From Candidatus Bathyarchaeia archaeon (lineage in GTDB: Archaea; Thermoproteota; Bathyarchaeia; Bathyarchaeales; Bathycorpusculaceae), in NCBI GenBank assembly GCA_037481775.1, contig JBBFKZ010000005.1:26871-90870 (forward strand): DNA of 64,000 nt. Direction: 5' to 3'. The notes beneath the pieces are model-generated. The model did not search any database. It saw only the letters and a program-made list of their open reading frames with translations, and had not been told where the DNA came from. The position numbers and the translations under genes were made by a program. Every line of letters begins with the position of its first letter. The first letter of the stretch is position 1. Below are positions 37,179 through 45,628 of the stretch, in pieces.

Positions 37179-37192
37179 TTTTAAAGTTTTCT
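37179..37192 (-). promoter_or_regulatory. Native BRE/TATA promoter of tRNA-Phe, now upstream of only the 14-nt att fragment
   Basis: Minus strand AGAAAA-CTTTAAAA located about 36 nt upstream of GCCGAGGTAGCTCA. Confidence 0.65.
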
Positions 37193-37345
37193 GATTGTTT
37201 TTGGGTGTGCTGTGGTTTCGCTTAGTGTTGTTTTTGTTCTTAATCTGTTTCTGAGTTTTTCTTAATTCGTTAGATGAAACATTTAGAAAACGAAACAGTA
37301 TTTAATTAACAGGGGCGTGTTTTAATGTTATTTGGAGGGGGAGTT

Positions 37346-37504
37346 GTGAAAAAGAAAAAGGCCCTTGTCACTGTTGAATTAATTGATGAAAGCGTCATGG
37401 TTTCTAACAGTACGATTGCGGAGGAAATTTTCGCGTGGCTTGTGGCGGAAGTGGTGCCTGCGCCGTGGGTTAAGGAAGTAAAAGGCGTTATTATTCTAAG
37501 CTAA
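37346..37504 (+). CDS. Small hypothetical protein (52 aa)
   Basis: RBS GGAGG, GTG start, MKKKKALVTVELIDES...IAEEI...APWVKEVKGVII. Confidence 0.65.
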   Translation: MKKKKALVTVELIDESVMVSNSTIAEEIFAWLVAEVVPAPWVKEVKGVIILS

Positions 37505-37725
37505 GCTTTGAGTAGAGCTAAGTAGTTTGTTAGGAAGTACCCTGCGAGCGCGCTGGATAAGAAGCATAAGAACAGGAGAAAGTCTTCATGCCTGCGGGGC
37601 GCTTTTGTTTCTTCGTTTTTTCTTGTTTTGTGCATTACCGTACACCTTTTATTTTTCTTTTGGGCTGTTTTTAGGGAAAGGTTTTATGAAGGGCGAATTA
37701 ATAATTGGAATTCAGCATGTTAGCG

Positions 37726-37799
37726 GGGCCGGTAGTCTAGCTGGCTAGGACGTCGCCCTCACGCGGCGAAGATCGTCGGTTCGAATCCGGCCCGGCCCA
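37726..37799 (+). tRNA. tRNA-Val(CAC)
   Basis: GGGCCGG/CCGGCCC acceptor stem, TCGCC-CTCACGC-GGCGA anticodon arm, GTTCGAATC T loop. Confidence 0.96.
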
Positions 37800-37836
37800 C
37801 TTCCACTTGTTGCGTACTCAATATTTTGATGCTATT

Positions 37837-38409
37837 TTATCTGTGGCGTTTTCGATTCATCAACTGCAAAATTCTGTCCCATTGCTCATATGTGAGCCGA
37901 AAATTCGTACCTTGAGGATCATTAAAAACTTGCAGTTCAAACAGAACAGGATCGCCACGGCATTCGTCTTGGAGGATCGGTTGATCTAATGTCACGTTTA
38001 AGTATTTAATGAACACGCTGTCTTTTTCCTGAAATTTATAAATGCCAGTTTCATCTATCCAATACTTATGTTGGTTAGCGTTTAACTGCTTTTTTGCTGG
38101 ATTAGTAATTATTTCTCCTACAGCATAAATTCCTGCTTTTTCCCCAGAAGCCCAAATGGCCACTAAGTCTCCTTTATGAATGTATTTAGCATACCGGCTT
38201 GTAAGCCACTGCTCAGGTTCTTTTGTGTCCCTGATTCTTTCAAACCATCTGTAGATCTTTGGGTTAAATTGAAAGAGCCAGTGTTTTGGTTGTGGACAAA
38301 GGTTGAGAAGCGTACCGCAATCAGGGTTTGGGCAGAATTGACTTAGCTTATATTCATTAAGGGAAACCACCCTTCCGCATTTTCGGCATTTATATTCTAT
38401 TTTTCTCAA
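37837..38409 (-). CDS. EVE-domain protein with an N-terminal Zn ribbon
   Basis: CRKC...CPNPDC, then HWLFQFNP..Y.W...W.......GDLV.IW.SG..AGIYAVGEI...PQGTNF.LT..QW. Confidence 0.8.
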   Translation of the reverse strand: MRKIEYKCRKCGRVVSLNEYKLSQFCPNPDCGTLLNLCPQPKHWLFQFNPKIYRWFERIRDTKEPEQWLTSRYAKYIHKGDLVAIWASGEKAGIYAVGEIITNPAKKQLNANQHKYWIDETGIYKFQEKDSVFIKYLNVTLDQPILQDECRGDPVLFELQVFNDPQGTNFRLTYEQWDRILQLMNRKRHR

Positions 38410-38645
38410 ACGGTCACCATCCTCTGTTGAATTCTTAATTTTAGGTAGAAACTGAAATATGGTTGGATCTTTTTTGGATTTAACTCTTGGGATTCAGTAT
38501 ATAGTTCTTTGAAAATATCTTTTGTCTAATTCATTAAATTATTTGCTGGCCTATTTTTTGTTGTATTTTTGTTGTGCAGTTTCCTAAAAAGGTTTATTAA
38601 ATATTAACATTTGATATTCAATACGTTTCAAAAAGGGAACAAAAA

Positions 38646-39044
38646 ATGAACAAAACCATCAACTCACTAAAATATGAAATTGACAACCACATACTCTCCG
38701 AAAACCACGAAACCACCAGATGCAACACTTGCAACAAAGAATTTAAAACACCACTTTTCGCCGTAATCTCCTCCGGCTACCTCATGGAGGAATACTATGC
38801 ATGCCCCCGATGCCTCTCCAAAGTAGACAACACCGAAACCAGCAAAACCTTAGACGCTGAAGAAATAGAGGAAGAAAAGCCAGAGGACACACTTGCCCAG
38901 AAAATCAAGATTGAGCTTGAAGAAAAAACCGAAAGCCCTGCAGCTTGCTCACATCATCTCGGCTATTTAAAGCAGCGGCCAAAAAACACGCCTATACCCG
39001 AAGAATGTTTGACATGCACTAAGATGATTGAATGCATGACTTAG
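38646..39044 (+). CDS. Hypothetical double Zn-finger protein
   Basis: CNTC...YYACPRC and C.HHLGYL...IPEECLTC...IEC. Confidence 0.75.
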   Translation: MNKTINSLKYEIDNHILSENHETTRCNTCNKEFKTPLFAVISSGYLMEEYYACPRCLSKVDNTETSKTLDAEEIEEEKPEDTLAQKIKIELEEKTESPAACSHHLGYLKQRPKNTPIPEECLTCTKMIECMT

Positions 39045-39373
39045 CTCCCGCTTCTTTTGGTCGTTTTTTCCAGTAAAACCTATATGTCCACGAAGAATCG
39101 CGGCGCACAACTGTGAGCCCTACCAGGCAGAAACGCTTGCAGGGAAAGTGCTTCACATTTAAAGAGCTAACCCACGGGTCATTGCATAGTTACATTCATC
39201 AGGGTTGAGCTTTATTCGAAGCAGCGCGCTTTCTTCCGCAGCATAGTTTTGTTATTCGTTTGTGTTCTTTTTCCTTATTTTCATTTAAATTTCAAGCTGA
39301 AAATGCAGAGAAAAGTAAGAAGTGTTAATTAGCTCCTTTTGGTAATGGGTGAGTTGCTGTAGGTTGCGAATGA

Positions 39374-40069
39374 ATGAGCCGAACCATTTACTTTCATCAC
39401 AGTTCTCGGATCTTTGTTATTCTTTTGTTGTTTTTGATATTTGTGTGCAGTCTGCTTTTTCTAGGGGTCATCAGTGTTGCATTCGCAAATATCGGCTTCA
39501 CCTCAATGACAATTTTCCTTATTTTGATCGGTACATTGCTTGGAAGCACAGTAAATATCCCGTTAATGAAGATCAAGGCTGTTGTGCCTATAATACGGGA
39601 GGAGTATGTGAGTTACTTATGGGTGACTTATCGAATTCCTTACGTGGAATATGACACGGCAGTTACCACAGTTGCTGTTAACGTCGGCGGCGCGCTTATA
39701 CCAACCGCCGTCAGCATCTACCTACTTAGCAAAGCTGCACCCCTAATGATACTCTACAGCTTAATTGGAGTAGCAGCGGTCGCCCTATTCACGTATGCAG
39801 TTGCGAGGCCTGTAAAAGGCGTAGGCATAGTCACCCCGGCGTTTCTTCCGCCGTTAGCCGCAGCGGCAGTAGCGCTCTTCCTCTCGCCTATGCAGCCGCA
39901 GATAATCGCTTACGTTTCCGGCGTGCTGGGCACGCTTATAGGCGCAGATATTCTAAATTTGGGCAATATACCTAAACTCGGGGCGCCAGTAGCCAGCATA
40001 GGCGGCGCAGGAACCTTTGACGGCGTCTTTCTAAGCGGCATAATCGCTGTGCTCTTAGTTGGGTTTTAG
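39374..40069 (+). CDS. DUF1614 family membrane protein
   Basis: GS.VNIP, AVNVGGALIP, GTLIGADILNL, SIGGAGTFDGVFL. Confidence 0.92.
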   Translation: MSRTIYFHHSSRIFVILLLFLIFVCSLLFLGVISVAFANIGFTSMTIFLILIGTLLGSTVNIPLMKIKAVVPIIREEYVSYLWVTYRIPYVEYDTAVTTVAVNVGGALIPTAVSIYLLSKAAPLMILYSLIGVAAVALFTYAVARPVKGVGIVTPAFLPPLAAAAVALFLSPMQPQIIAYVSGVLGTLIGADILNLGNIPKLGAPVASIGGAGTFDGVFLSGIIAVLLVGF

Positions 40070-40161
40070 CATTGCAAGTAGCAGTTTAAGAGCAAAATTG
40101 TAATGAAAGTTAGCACTTTGTCTTGCAGCGACTGTGTCGTTGGCGTTGATTGGGTTATGAG

Positions 40162-40821
40162 TTATATTTCTCCTTTTAGTTTCTTGAGGATTTCACGTAT
40201 GATGGCTTCTCGTAGGTTTAAAGCCGCGGATATTTCTTCGATATCTTCGCTTTTTTCATCAAGAAGGAAATACATGATTCTCTTTTCGACTGTTGATCTT
40301 TTCTGCGTGTTTAATATGTCGGCAACTTGCTTCATGGCGAGGTTTCTGATATATAGCAGCGCGGTTTTTTCATTTTCGATGCGCAAAATCTCGTTGTCTA
40401 TGTCTGCTAAAAGCTTAGATAAGTCATCTAAGCTGTAATTGCCATGGCTTTTTTCTATTTCGTTAATTCTGTTTAGGAAGCTATCGCACTCTTTGGAAAG
40501 AGTGTTTGGTATGCTTTCGAAAGTGGAAACTTGTTCGCTGTAAAGGTGAGGCCCAAAACTGATTGTGACGCAGACGGGCTTGTTAAGGAAATACAGTCTA
40601 CGTTTAGGGCCAAGTGGGCTTTTTTCTAAACTTGAGGAGACGATGCCGTTGCGTTCCATTGTAGCCAGATGTGCTGCAACAAGCTGCTGGCCTATGCCTA
40701 ATTCCTTTGCTATTTCAAGCGGGTAGCTTGGCTCTTGGCTTAAGCGCTTGAGTATTTTTCTCCTAATTGGGTTTTCAATTGCTGCAAGTATGGCGTCAAT
40801 TTGAGAAGCGTCAGTCATCAT
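40162..40821 (-). CDS. ArsR-family wHTH regulator (HSR1/Phr-like heat-shock regulator candidate)
   Basis: ENPIRRKIL..LS.EP.Y..EIAKELGI.QQ.V..HL..ME..GIV, GPKRR.Y; immediately downstream of hsp20. Confidence 0.8.
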   Translation of the reverse strand: MMTDASQIDAILAAIENPIRRKILKRLSQEPSYPLEIAKELGIGQQLVAAHLATMERNGIVSSSLEKSPLGPKRRLYFLNKPVCVTISFGPHLYSEQVSTFESIPNTLSKECDSFLNRINEIEKSHGNYSLDDLSKLLADIDNEILRIENEKTALLYIRNLAMKQVADILNTQKRSTVEKRIMYFLLDEKSEDIEEISAALNLREAIIREILKKLKGEI

Positions 40822-40870
40822 TTTTCACCAGGTGCTGGTAGAAAAAAATTCGGGGGCGAGGTTGACGGCT

Positions 40871-41395
40871 TCACTTCAGTTCAACCTTGTGAGGTGACTC
40901 AGCGGCTTTCGGCTCTTTCTTGGGAATTTTCAGCTCGAGCACGCCGTCCTTCATTGATCCCTCAGCCTTTGCGGGCAAGACTTCCTCTGGGAAGGCGATG
41001 AATCTCTGCATCTTGGAGTAGGCTCTTTCGCGGTGCAGGTAGTTTTTGCGTTTTTCTTCTTTTTCTTCTCTGCGCTCTGCTCTGATGGTGACGCCGTCTT
41101 TGGTGACTTGGACGTCAACCATGTCTTTGTTGAAGCCTGGCAGTTCAGCGGTGACAGTGTAGGAGTCGCCGTTGTCGATGAGGTCAACTGTAGCGTATCG
41201 GGTTGGCAGCGAGGTTTCTTCCTCGATTATGTGCGTCATTGGGAAGAATGGGCTTAGCAGATCGTCGAAGGATCTGCGGAATTCCTCGAATAAGCGGTCA
41301 AATTGTCTTGATATGCTGAATGGGTCCGTCCACCTCGCCAGTGCGGTTCCAGGCGATACTATGCTTTTGTCTTCTCTTGTTTTCTTGGCGACCAT
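40871..41395 (-). CDS. Small heat shock protein Hsp20
   Basis: VDLID.GD.Y.VTAELPG, ERAY....R.I.FP..V, DGVLELKIPK. Confidence 0.95.
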   Translation of the reverse strand: MVAKKTREDKSIVSPGTALARWTDPFSISRQFDRLFEEFRRSFDDLLSPFFPMTHIIEEETSLPTRYATVDLIDNGDSYTVTAELPGFNKDMVDVQVTKDGVTIRAERREEKEEKRKNYLHRERAYSKMQRFIAFPEEVLPAKAEGSMKDGVLELKIPKKEPKAAESPHKVELK

Positions 41396-41416
41396 GACAC
41401 ATCACCTCCAATTTAA

Positions 41417-41439
41417 CTATACAACTTTTATTTGTATAG
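41417..41439. promoter_or_regulatory. Inverted repeat CTATACAA-N7-TTGTATAG between the hsp20 TATA box and RBS
   Basis: Perfect 8-7-8 palindrome; TATA-like TTTTATAT (minus strand) near 41465-41473. Confidence 0.55.
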
Positions 41440-41541
41440 ACAAAATATACATGGAAAAACATTAATATAAAAACCTTTCGGCAGAACCAGCGCGCCAAAC
41501 AACAACCAAACCCAAAAATCAAACTCGCCAACAAACAAAAG

Positions 41542-41604
41542 GGGGGTCTGTCAAATGTCCTTCTTCATCTTCCCCATCAGACTGGGACGGCGACATCATC
41601 CCCC
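41542..41604 (-). ncRNA. C/D-box sRNA, predicted guide for 23S rRNA Gm2251 and a nearby site
   Basis: GGGGG-ATGATGT-CGCCGTCCCAGT-CTGA-TGGGGAAG-ATGAAGA-AGGACATTTGA-CAGA-CCCCC; TTTATAA box about 26 nt upstream, T tract downstream. Confidence 0.8.
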
Positions 41605-41754
41605 GATGTTTTAACACCGCCCCCCACCATTATAAACATACTGCTCTAAATGGAAAAGTAACTAAAGAAAACAACAGCCAAACATTACCCCCAAACGGCT
41701 TCTGCTCGGCAATCGCCATTTTAGGCAATAACCCCTAAGCAACATAAAGCGCCG

Positions 41755-41802
41755 TCATATTTGGCGGCTATTAGCGATTCATTGCAGAAACCTATAGAGG
41801 GG
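41755..41802. repeat. Dispersed 48-bp repeat, copy 2 (inverted relative to copy 1)
   Basis: TCATATTTGGCGGCTATTAGCGATTCATTGCAGAAACCTATAGAGGGG. Confidence 0.85.
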
Positions 41803-42024
41803 CTATCCGCGCAGTAGCAGAAAACCAGCAGCCATTCGATGCTCGTACTTTAAAGCAAGAGAAACCAAAGTATGCATCAGCATCAAAGCTTATCCAAGAA
41901 TGATGTGTTTCTCTTGTTTCTTTAAACACGGTGTATATTTAAATGCCAAAGCAAGAAACTCCGCCTAAAGCCTCAAAGATATATATGTGTAGTGCAAATT
42001 CGTAGTTTGAATGGAGGTTTAAAT

Positions 42025-42450
42025 GTGTCGGTAGCGCAAAGAAAATTTTTCGCCGAAGTTGCTGCGCTGGCGGATAAAGCAGTAAGCATAGTAACCACTA
42101 CGGGAAAAACTTTTACTGGCACGCTTATCGGCATTAACCCTGACAATCTGAGCCTTTGCATAGCCGAAGCCAAGGACGAAACAGGCCAAGTTTATCACCG
42201 CGTTTTCCTAAGCGGTAACGTTGTTGCCCACATATCAAGCACCGAAAAACCCTTCGACTTAAAAGCCCTGGCCGCCCGCCTTGAGAAGGTTTTCCCGACA
42301 ATGGTTAAGCTTTATGAAGATAAAGGTTTCATATGGGTCATGGACAAAATCAAGCTAACTGAAAAAGGCGTTGTAGAAGGCTCGGGACCTGCTGCTGAAC
42401 GAGTGCAAAGAGTTTACGAGCAATTCCTTAGTGAAATAAAGGCTAAATAA
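42025..42450 (+). CDS. Lsm-family RNA-binding protein with C-terminal extension (SmAP3)
   Basis: Sm fold followed by FDL..LA..LEKVFP.MVKL...G.I.VMDKI..TE.GV..G.GP.AERV; RBS GGAGG. Confidence 0.88.
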   Translation: MSVAQRKFFAEVAALADKAVSIVTTTGKTFTGTLIGINPDNLSLCIAEAKDETGQVYHRVFLSGNVVAHISSTEKPFDLKALAARLEKVFPTMVKLYEDKGFIWVMDKIKLTEKGVVEGSGPAAERVQRVYEQFLSEIKAK

Positions 42451-43201
42451 ACCAGCGCATCTGCTGCTCCTCTTTCTTCTTTTCTTCAACAATATTTCTA
42501 ATCAATCCAAAAGGCTCCAGCAGCTTTTTTGTTTGCTCCAACGTGGCATCCAATTTTGATAAGTCAAGGTTCAAATTCAAATACTTGCCCAAAGCAGTTA
42601 AAGCATACCTAGTAGCGTTCACGTCAGGATACATACCAGGCGTATCAACCAACAGCGCAAATCCTCTTAAATCTCTAAGCCTGCCCAAACCAATTAGCAA
42701 ACCTGCAATGCCGAATATGTGTCCAACCATTATCTTACTCCCCAAAGCCAACGCATCCTTCAACGTTTCGCTGTCCGTCGCCGCACTGTAAAGCCCTGGA
42801 ACAGGCTGCACCTCCTCCTTCCTGAAGCCGCCGATGGATATCACAAAACGGCAACCCAGCTCCTGCGCTATATCCAGCACTTTTCCACACAATTCATACT
42901 GGCCGAACGTTGTCAACGCCTGCGTATTGCCATACCATATGATTAAGTCACGCCCACCATCCCCGCGTTTATAATAGTAAAGCTCACTTACGGGCGAGCG
43001 GACGCCACCCGCATCGGTTGTCACCGCAAAATCTTGAAAAGACGCAGAAACTACTTCGGCGAACCGTTTAGCCTTTAGCTCATTAATCAAGTGCAAACAG
43101 GCAATATTAGCAACGAACCCTATGCCTGGCAACCCCTCGATTAGAATGGGATCATTAAGCTTCGGCATTTCGCTGACTTCAACAGTGCAGACCATGCTCA
43201 C
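42443..43201 (-). CDS. PAC2 family (proteasome assembly chaperone-like) protein
   Basis: LIEGLPGIGFV, GQYEL, SIGG, GIAGLL.G, PDV.A. Confidence 0.9.
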   Translation of the reverse strand: MSMVCTVEVSEMPKLNDPILIEGLPGIGFVANIACLHLINELKAKRFAEVVSASFQDFAVTTDAGGVRSPVSELYYYKRGDGGRDLIIWYGNTQALTTFGQYELCGKVLDIAQELGCRFVISIGGFRKEEVQPVPGLYSAATDSETLKDALALGSKIMVGHIFGIAGLLIGLGRLRDLRGFALLVDTPGMYPDVNATRYALTALGKYLNLNLDLSKLDATLEQTKKLLEPFGLIRNIVEEKKKEEQQMRWFI

Positions 43202-43336
43202 GATCCTCTATTACCGAGTGTATTAGAGAAAACAAGCGAATATAAGGATGCCTCATCTAAATTAACAGCGCATCCAATTGTGCGATGAGCCTAACATTTT
43301 TTATAAGCGCGCAGAATGATTTGTGTAGATTCGCAA

Positions 43337-44968
43337 ATGAGCTTCGAAATAAAAGACAAAGACTTACTAGCAAGAATCGGTAGACTCAAGACCAAAAGCG
43401 GCACAGTGGAGACGCCGCTTCTCTTCCCAGTAATAAATCCCAACATTAAACTTGTTGCTCCGAGAAAGCTTAAGGAAACCTTCGGATTCGACGCCATTAT
43501 AACAAACGCGTACATCCTCAAAAAGCGCTTCCAGAACACGCCAATAGAGCAAGGATTACATACGTTTCTAGATTTCAGCGGCGTCGTAATGACTGATTCC
43601 GGCGCCTACCAGATTCTCGTTTACGGCAACGTGGAAGTAAGCCAAGCAGAGATTGTGGAGTACCAGGAGCGCATAGGCAGCGACATAGCCACCATACTGG
43701 ACATTCCAACTGGCTGGCGAATAACCAAGAGCTACGCCGCAAAAACCGTGGCGGAAACACTGCGGCGCGCCGAAGACTTCTTCAAAACCAAAACGCGTGA
43801 GGACATACTTTGGGTGGGGCCAGTTCAAGGCGGGCGCCATCTAGACCTGGTCGCGCGATCCGCTGTTGAAATGGGTAAGCTGCCCTTTCAAGTGCATGCG
43901 CTTGGAAGCCCAACCGAGGTCATGGAAAACTACCGCTTTGACGTGCTAGCTGACATGATAATGACGGCGAAGATGAATCTGCCCCCTGAGCGTCCGCTGC
44001 ACCTTTTCGGCGCCGGCCACCCTATGATGTTCGCCTTAGCCGTAGCCTTGGGCTGCGACCTTTTCGACTCCGCCGCCTACGCCCTGTACGCACGAGAAAA
44101 CCGTTACATGACTGAAAACGGCACGTGGCGGCTTGAAGAACTCGAGTTTTTCCCCTGCCAATGCCCAAAATGCACAAGCACAAAACCAAAAGCAGTGCTT
44201 GAAATGCCGCAAGCAGATAGGGTAACGTTTCTGGCTGAGCATAACCTCTACGTTTGCCAAGCCGAGTTAAAGCGCATAAAACAAGCCATAAAAGACGGCC
44301 GCCTCTGGGAGCATCTGGAGATGCGAGCGCATGCACATCCCACGCTACTTACTGCCTTGAAAAAGCTAAAAAAATATGCTGACTTCATTGCAGCGCACAG
44401 CCCGGTCGTAAAGCGCAGTGGTCTCTTCTTTTTCAGCTCCCTCAGCACCGCGCGCCCAGAGGTTGTCAACTACCGAAATCGCCTTTTCGAGCGTTACTCT
44501 CCGCCTGACACTGCCCGCCTGCTCCTGCTTCTGCCCCAAACACGCAAAAAACCCTTCCACAAAACACCCGAATACGCCAAAATACGAAAAATTCTCCAAA
44601 ACCTAGACGAAGCCCTTTCCAGCAAAGTGCATGTTTGCTTCTACGCGGCGCCTTTCGGCGCTATTCCGCTTGAACTGGATGAGGTTTATCCATTGTCCCA
44701 ACATGAAGTAGCCCTGCCACTTGACAAAGAAACCATAGAATACGTGGCAAAACATGTGTCAGACTACATAGCATACGCCAATTACGAGACAGTAGTACTG
44801 CTCAATGATCCCCAGCAATGGGGCGACAGCATCAAAAAATACTGTAAGCGCTCATGCCTAAAAAAAGCTGCAAAGTTTGAGCATGTAAACATCCACGCGG
44901 AAGGAAGCAAAAACATTTTAACTCGTTTAGAGATGATTCTGCGAAAACATTTGAGCGATGAACCTTGA
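43337..44968 (+). CDS. tgtA: Archaeosine tRNA-guanine(15) transglycosylase
   Basis: ETP.L.PVINP, TDSGAYQ, LDIPT, PVQGG, HLFGAGHP, DLFDSAAY, CQCPKC, GRLWE. Confidence 0.95.
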   Translation: MSFEIKDKDLLARIGRLKTKSGTVETPLLFPVINPNIKLVAPRKLKETFGFDAIITNAYILKKRFQNTPIEQGLHTFLDFSGVVMTDSGAYQILVYGNVEVSQAEIVEYQERIGSDIATILDIPTGWRITKSYAAKTVAETLRRAEDFFKTKTREDILWVGPVQGGRHLDLVARSAVEMGKLPFQVHALGSPTEVMENYRFDVLADMIMTAKMNLPPERPLHLFGAGHPMMFALAVALGCDLFDSAAYALYARENRYMTENGTWRLEELEFFPCQCPKCTSTKPKAVLEMPQADRVTFLAEHNLYVCQAELKRIKQAIKDGRLWEHLEMRAHAHPTLLTALKKLKKYADFIAAHSPVVKRSGLFFFSSLSTARPEVVNYRNRLFERYSPPDTARLLLLLPQTRKKPFHKTPEYAKIRKILQNLDEALSSKVHVCFYAAPFGAIPLELDEVYPLSQHEVALPLDKETIEYVAKHVSDYIAYANYETVVLLNDPQQWGDSIKKYCKRSCLKKAAKFEHVNIHAEGSKNILTRLEMILRKHLSDEP

Positions 44969-45570
44969 TCCGCGCTGACCTACACATCCACACCACATAC
45001 TCATACGACTCATCTATAACTCCTAAAGCTCTCATCGAAACACTTGTGGCGCACAATTCCATCAAAGCTGCAGCCGTAACTGACCACGACACTGTAGAAG
45101 GTCTAAGCGCGACGAGAAAGCTTGCATCTGTTTACCCTGACATCCTCATCATTCCAGGCGTGGAGATAAGCACCACCGAGGGAGACACAGTGATTTTAGG
45201 CACCGACGAACTGCCGCCTAAGCCTTGGACTGTAGACGACATCATTGACTTCGCCCGTGAAAGAGACTGTGTATCCATCGTTGCGCATCCCTACCGCGAG
45301 TACGGCATGGGCGACTTGGCACGTAATTACAAGTTTGATGCTGTGGAAGTGCTTAATGGCGCATCGTCTCCGCTAGCCAACAAGCAAGCGCACGAGTTAG
45401 CCAAGTTGATGGGTGTGCCAGGAGTAGCAGGCAGCGACGCGCATCAGCCAGCAGAATTATGCAATGTTTACACAGAAATTCAAGCTGGCCTAGACGTTGA
45501 TGAAGTTCTTAAAGCTATAAAAAAGGGCTCGGTGGCTACATATCCAAAATTAGGGTCAATACATTTTTAA
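44965..45570 (+). CDS. PHP-domain metal-dependent phosphoesterase
   Basis: DLHIHT.YS.DS, TDHD, GVEIST, AHP, GSDAH. Confidence 0.92.
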   Translation: MIRADLHIHTTYSYDSSITPKALIETLVAHNSIKAAAVTDHDTVEGLSATRKLASVYPDILIIPGVEISTTEGDTVILGTDELPPKPWTVDDIIDFARERDCVSIVAHPYREYGMGDLARNYKFDAVEVLNGASSPLANKQAHELAKLMGVPGVAGSDAHQPAELCNVYTEIQAGLDVDEVLKAIKKGSVATYPKLGSIHF

Positions 45571-45628
45571 AACAGCACACCAGATTCATGAATACTTGAA
45601 GAACTTTAAACGAAAAGGATTGGTCTGA

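Noticed and set aside
39041-39290. Possible frameshifted small Cys-containing gene on the minus strand
   Set aside because: No recognisable family; the frames are too short to support a call
12706-41754. Treating the inverted 48-bp repeats as ends of one 29-kb transposon or invertible segment
   Set aside because: The interval is mostly housekeeping genes and tRNAs, with no transposase or target-site duplication seen
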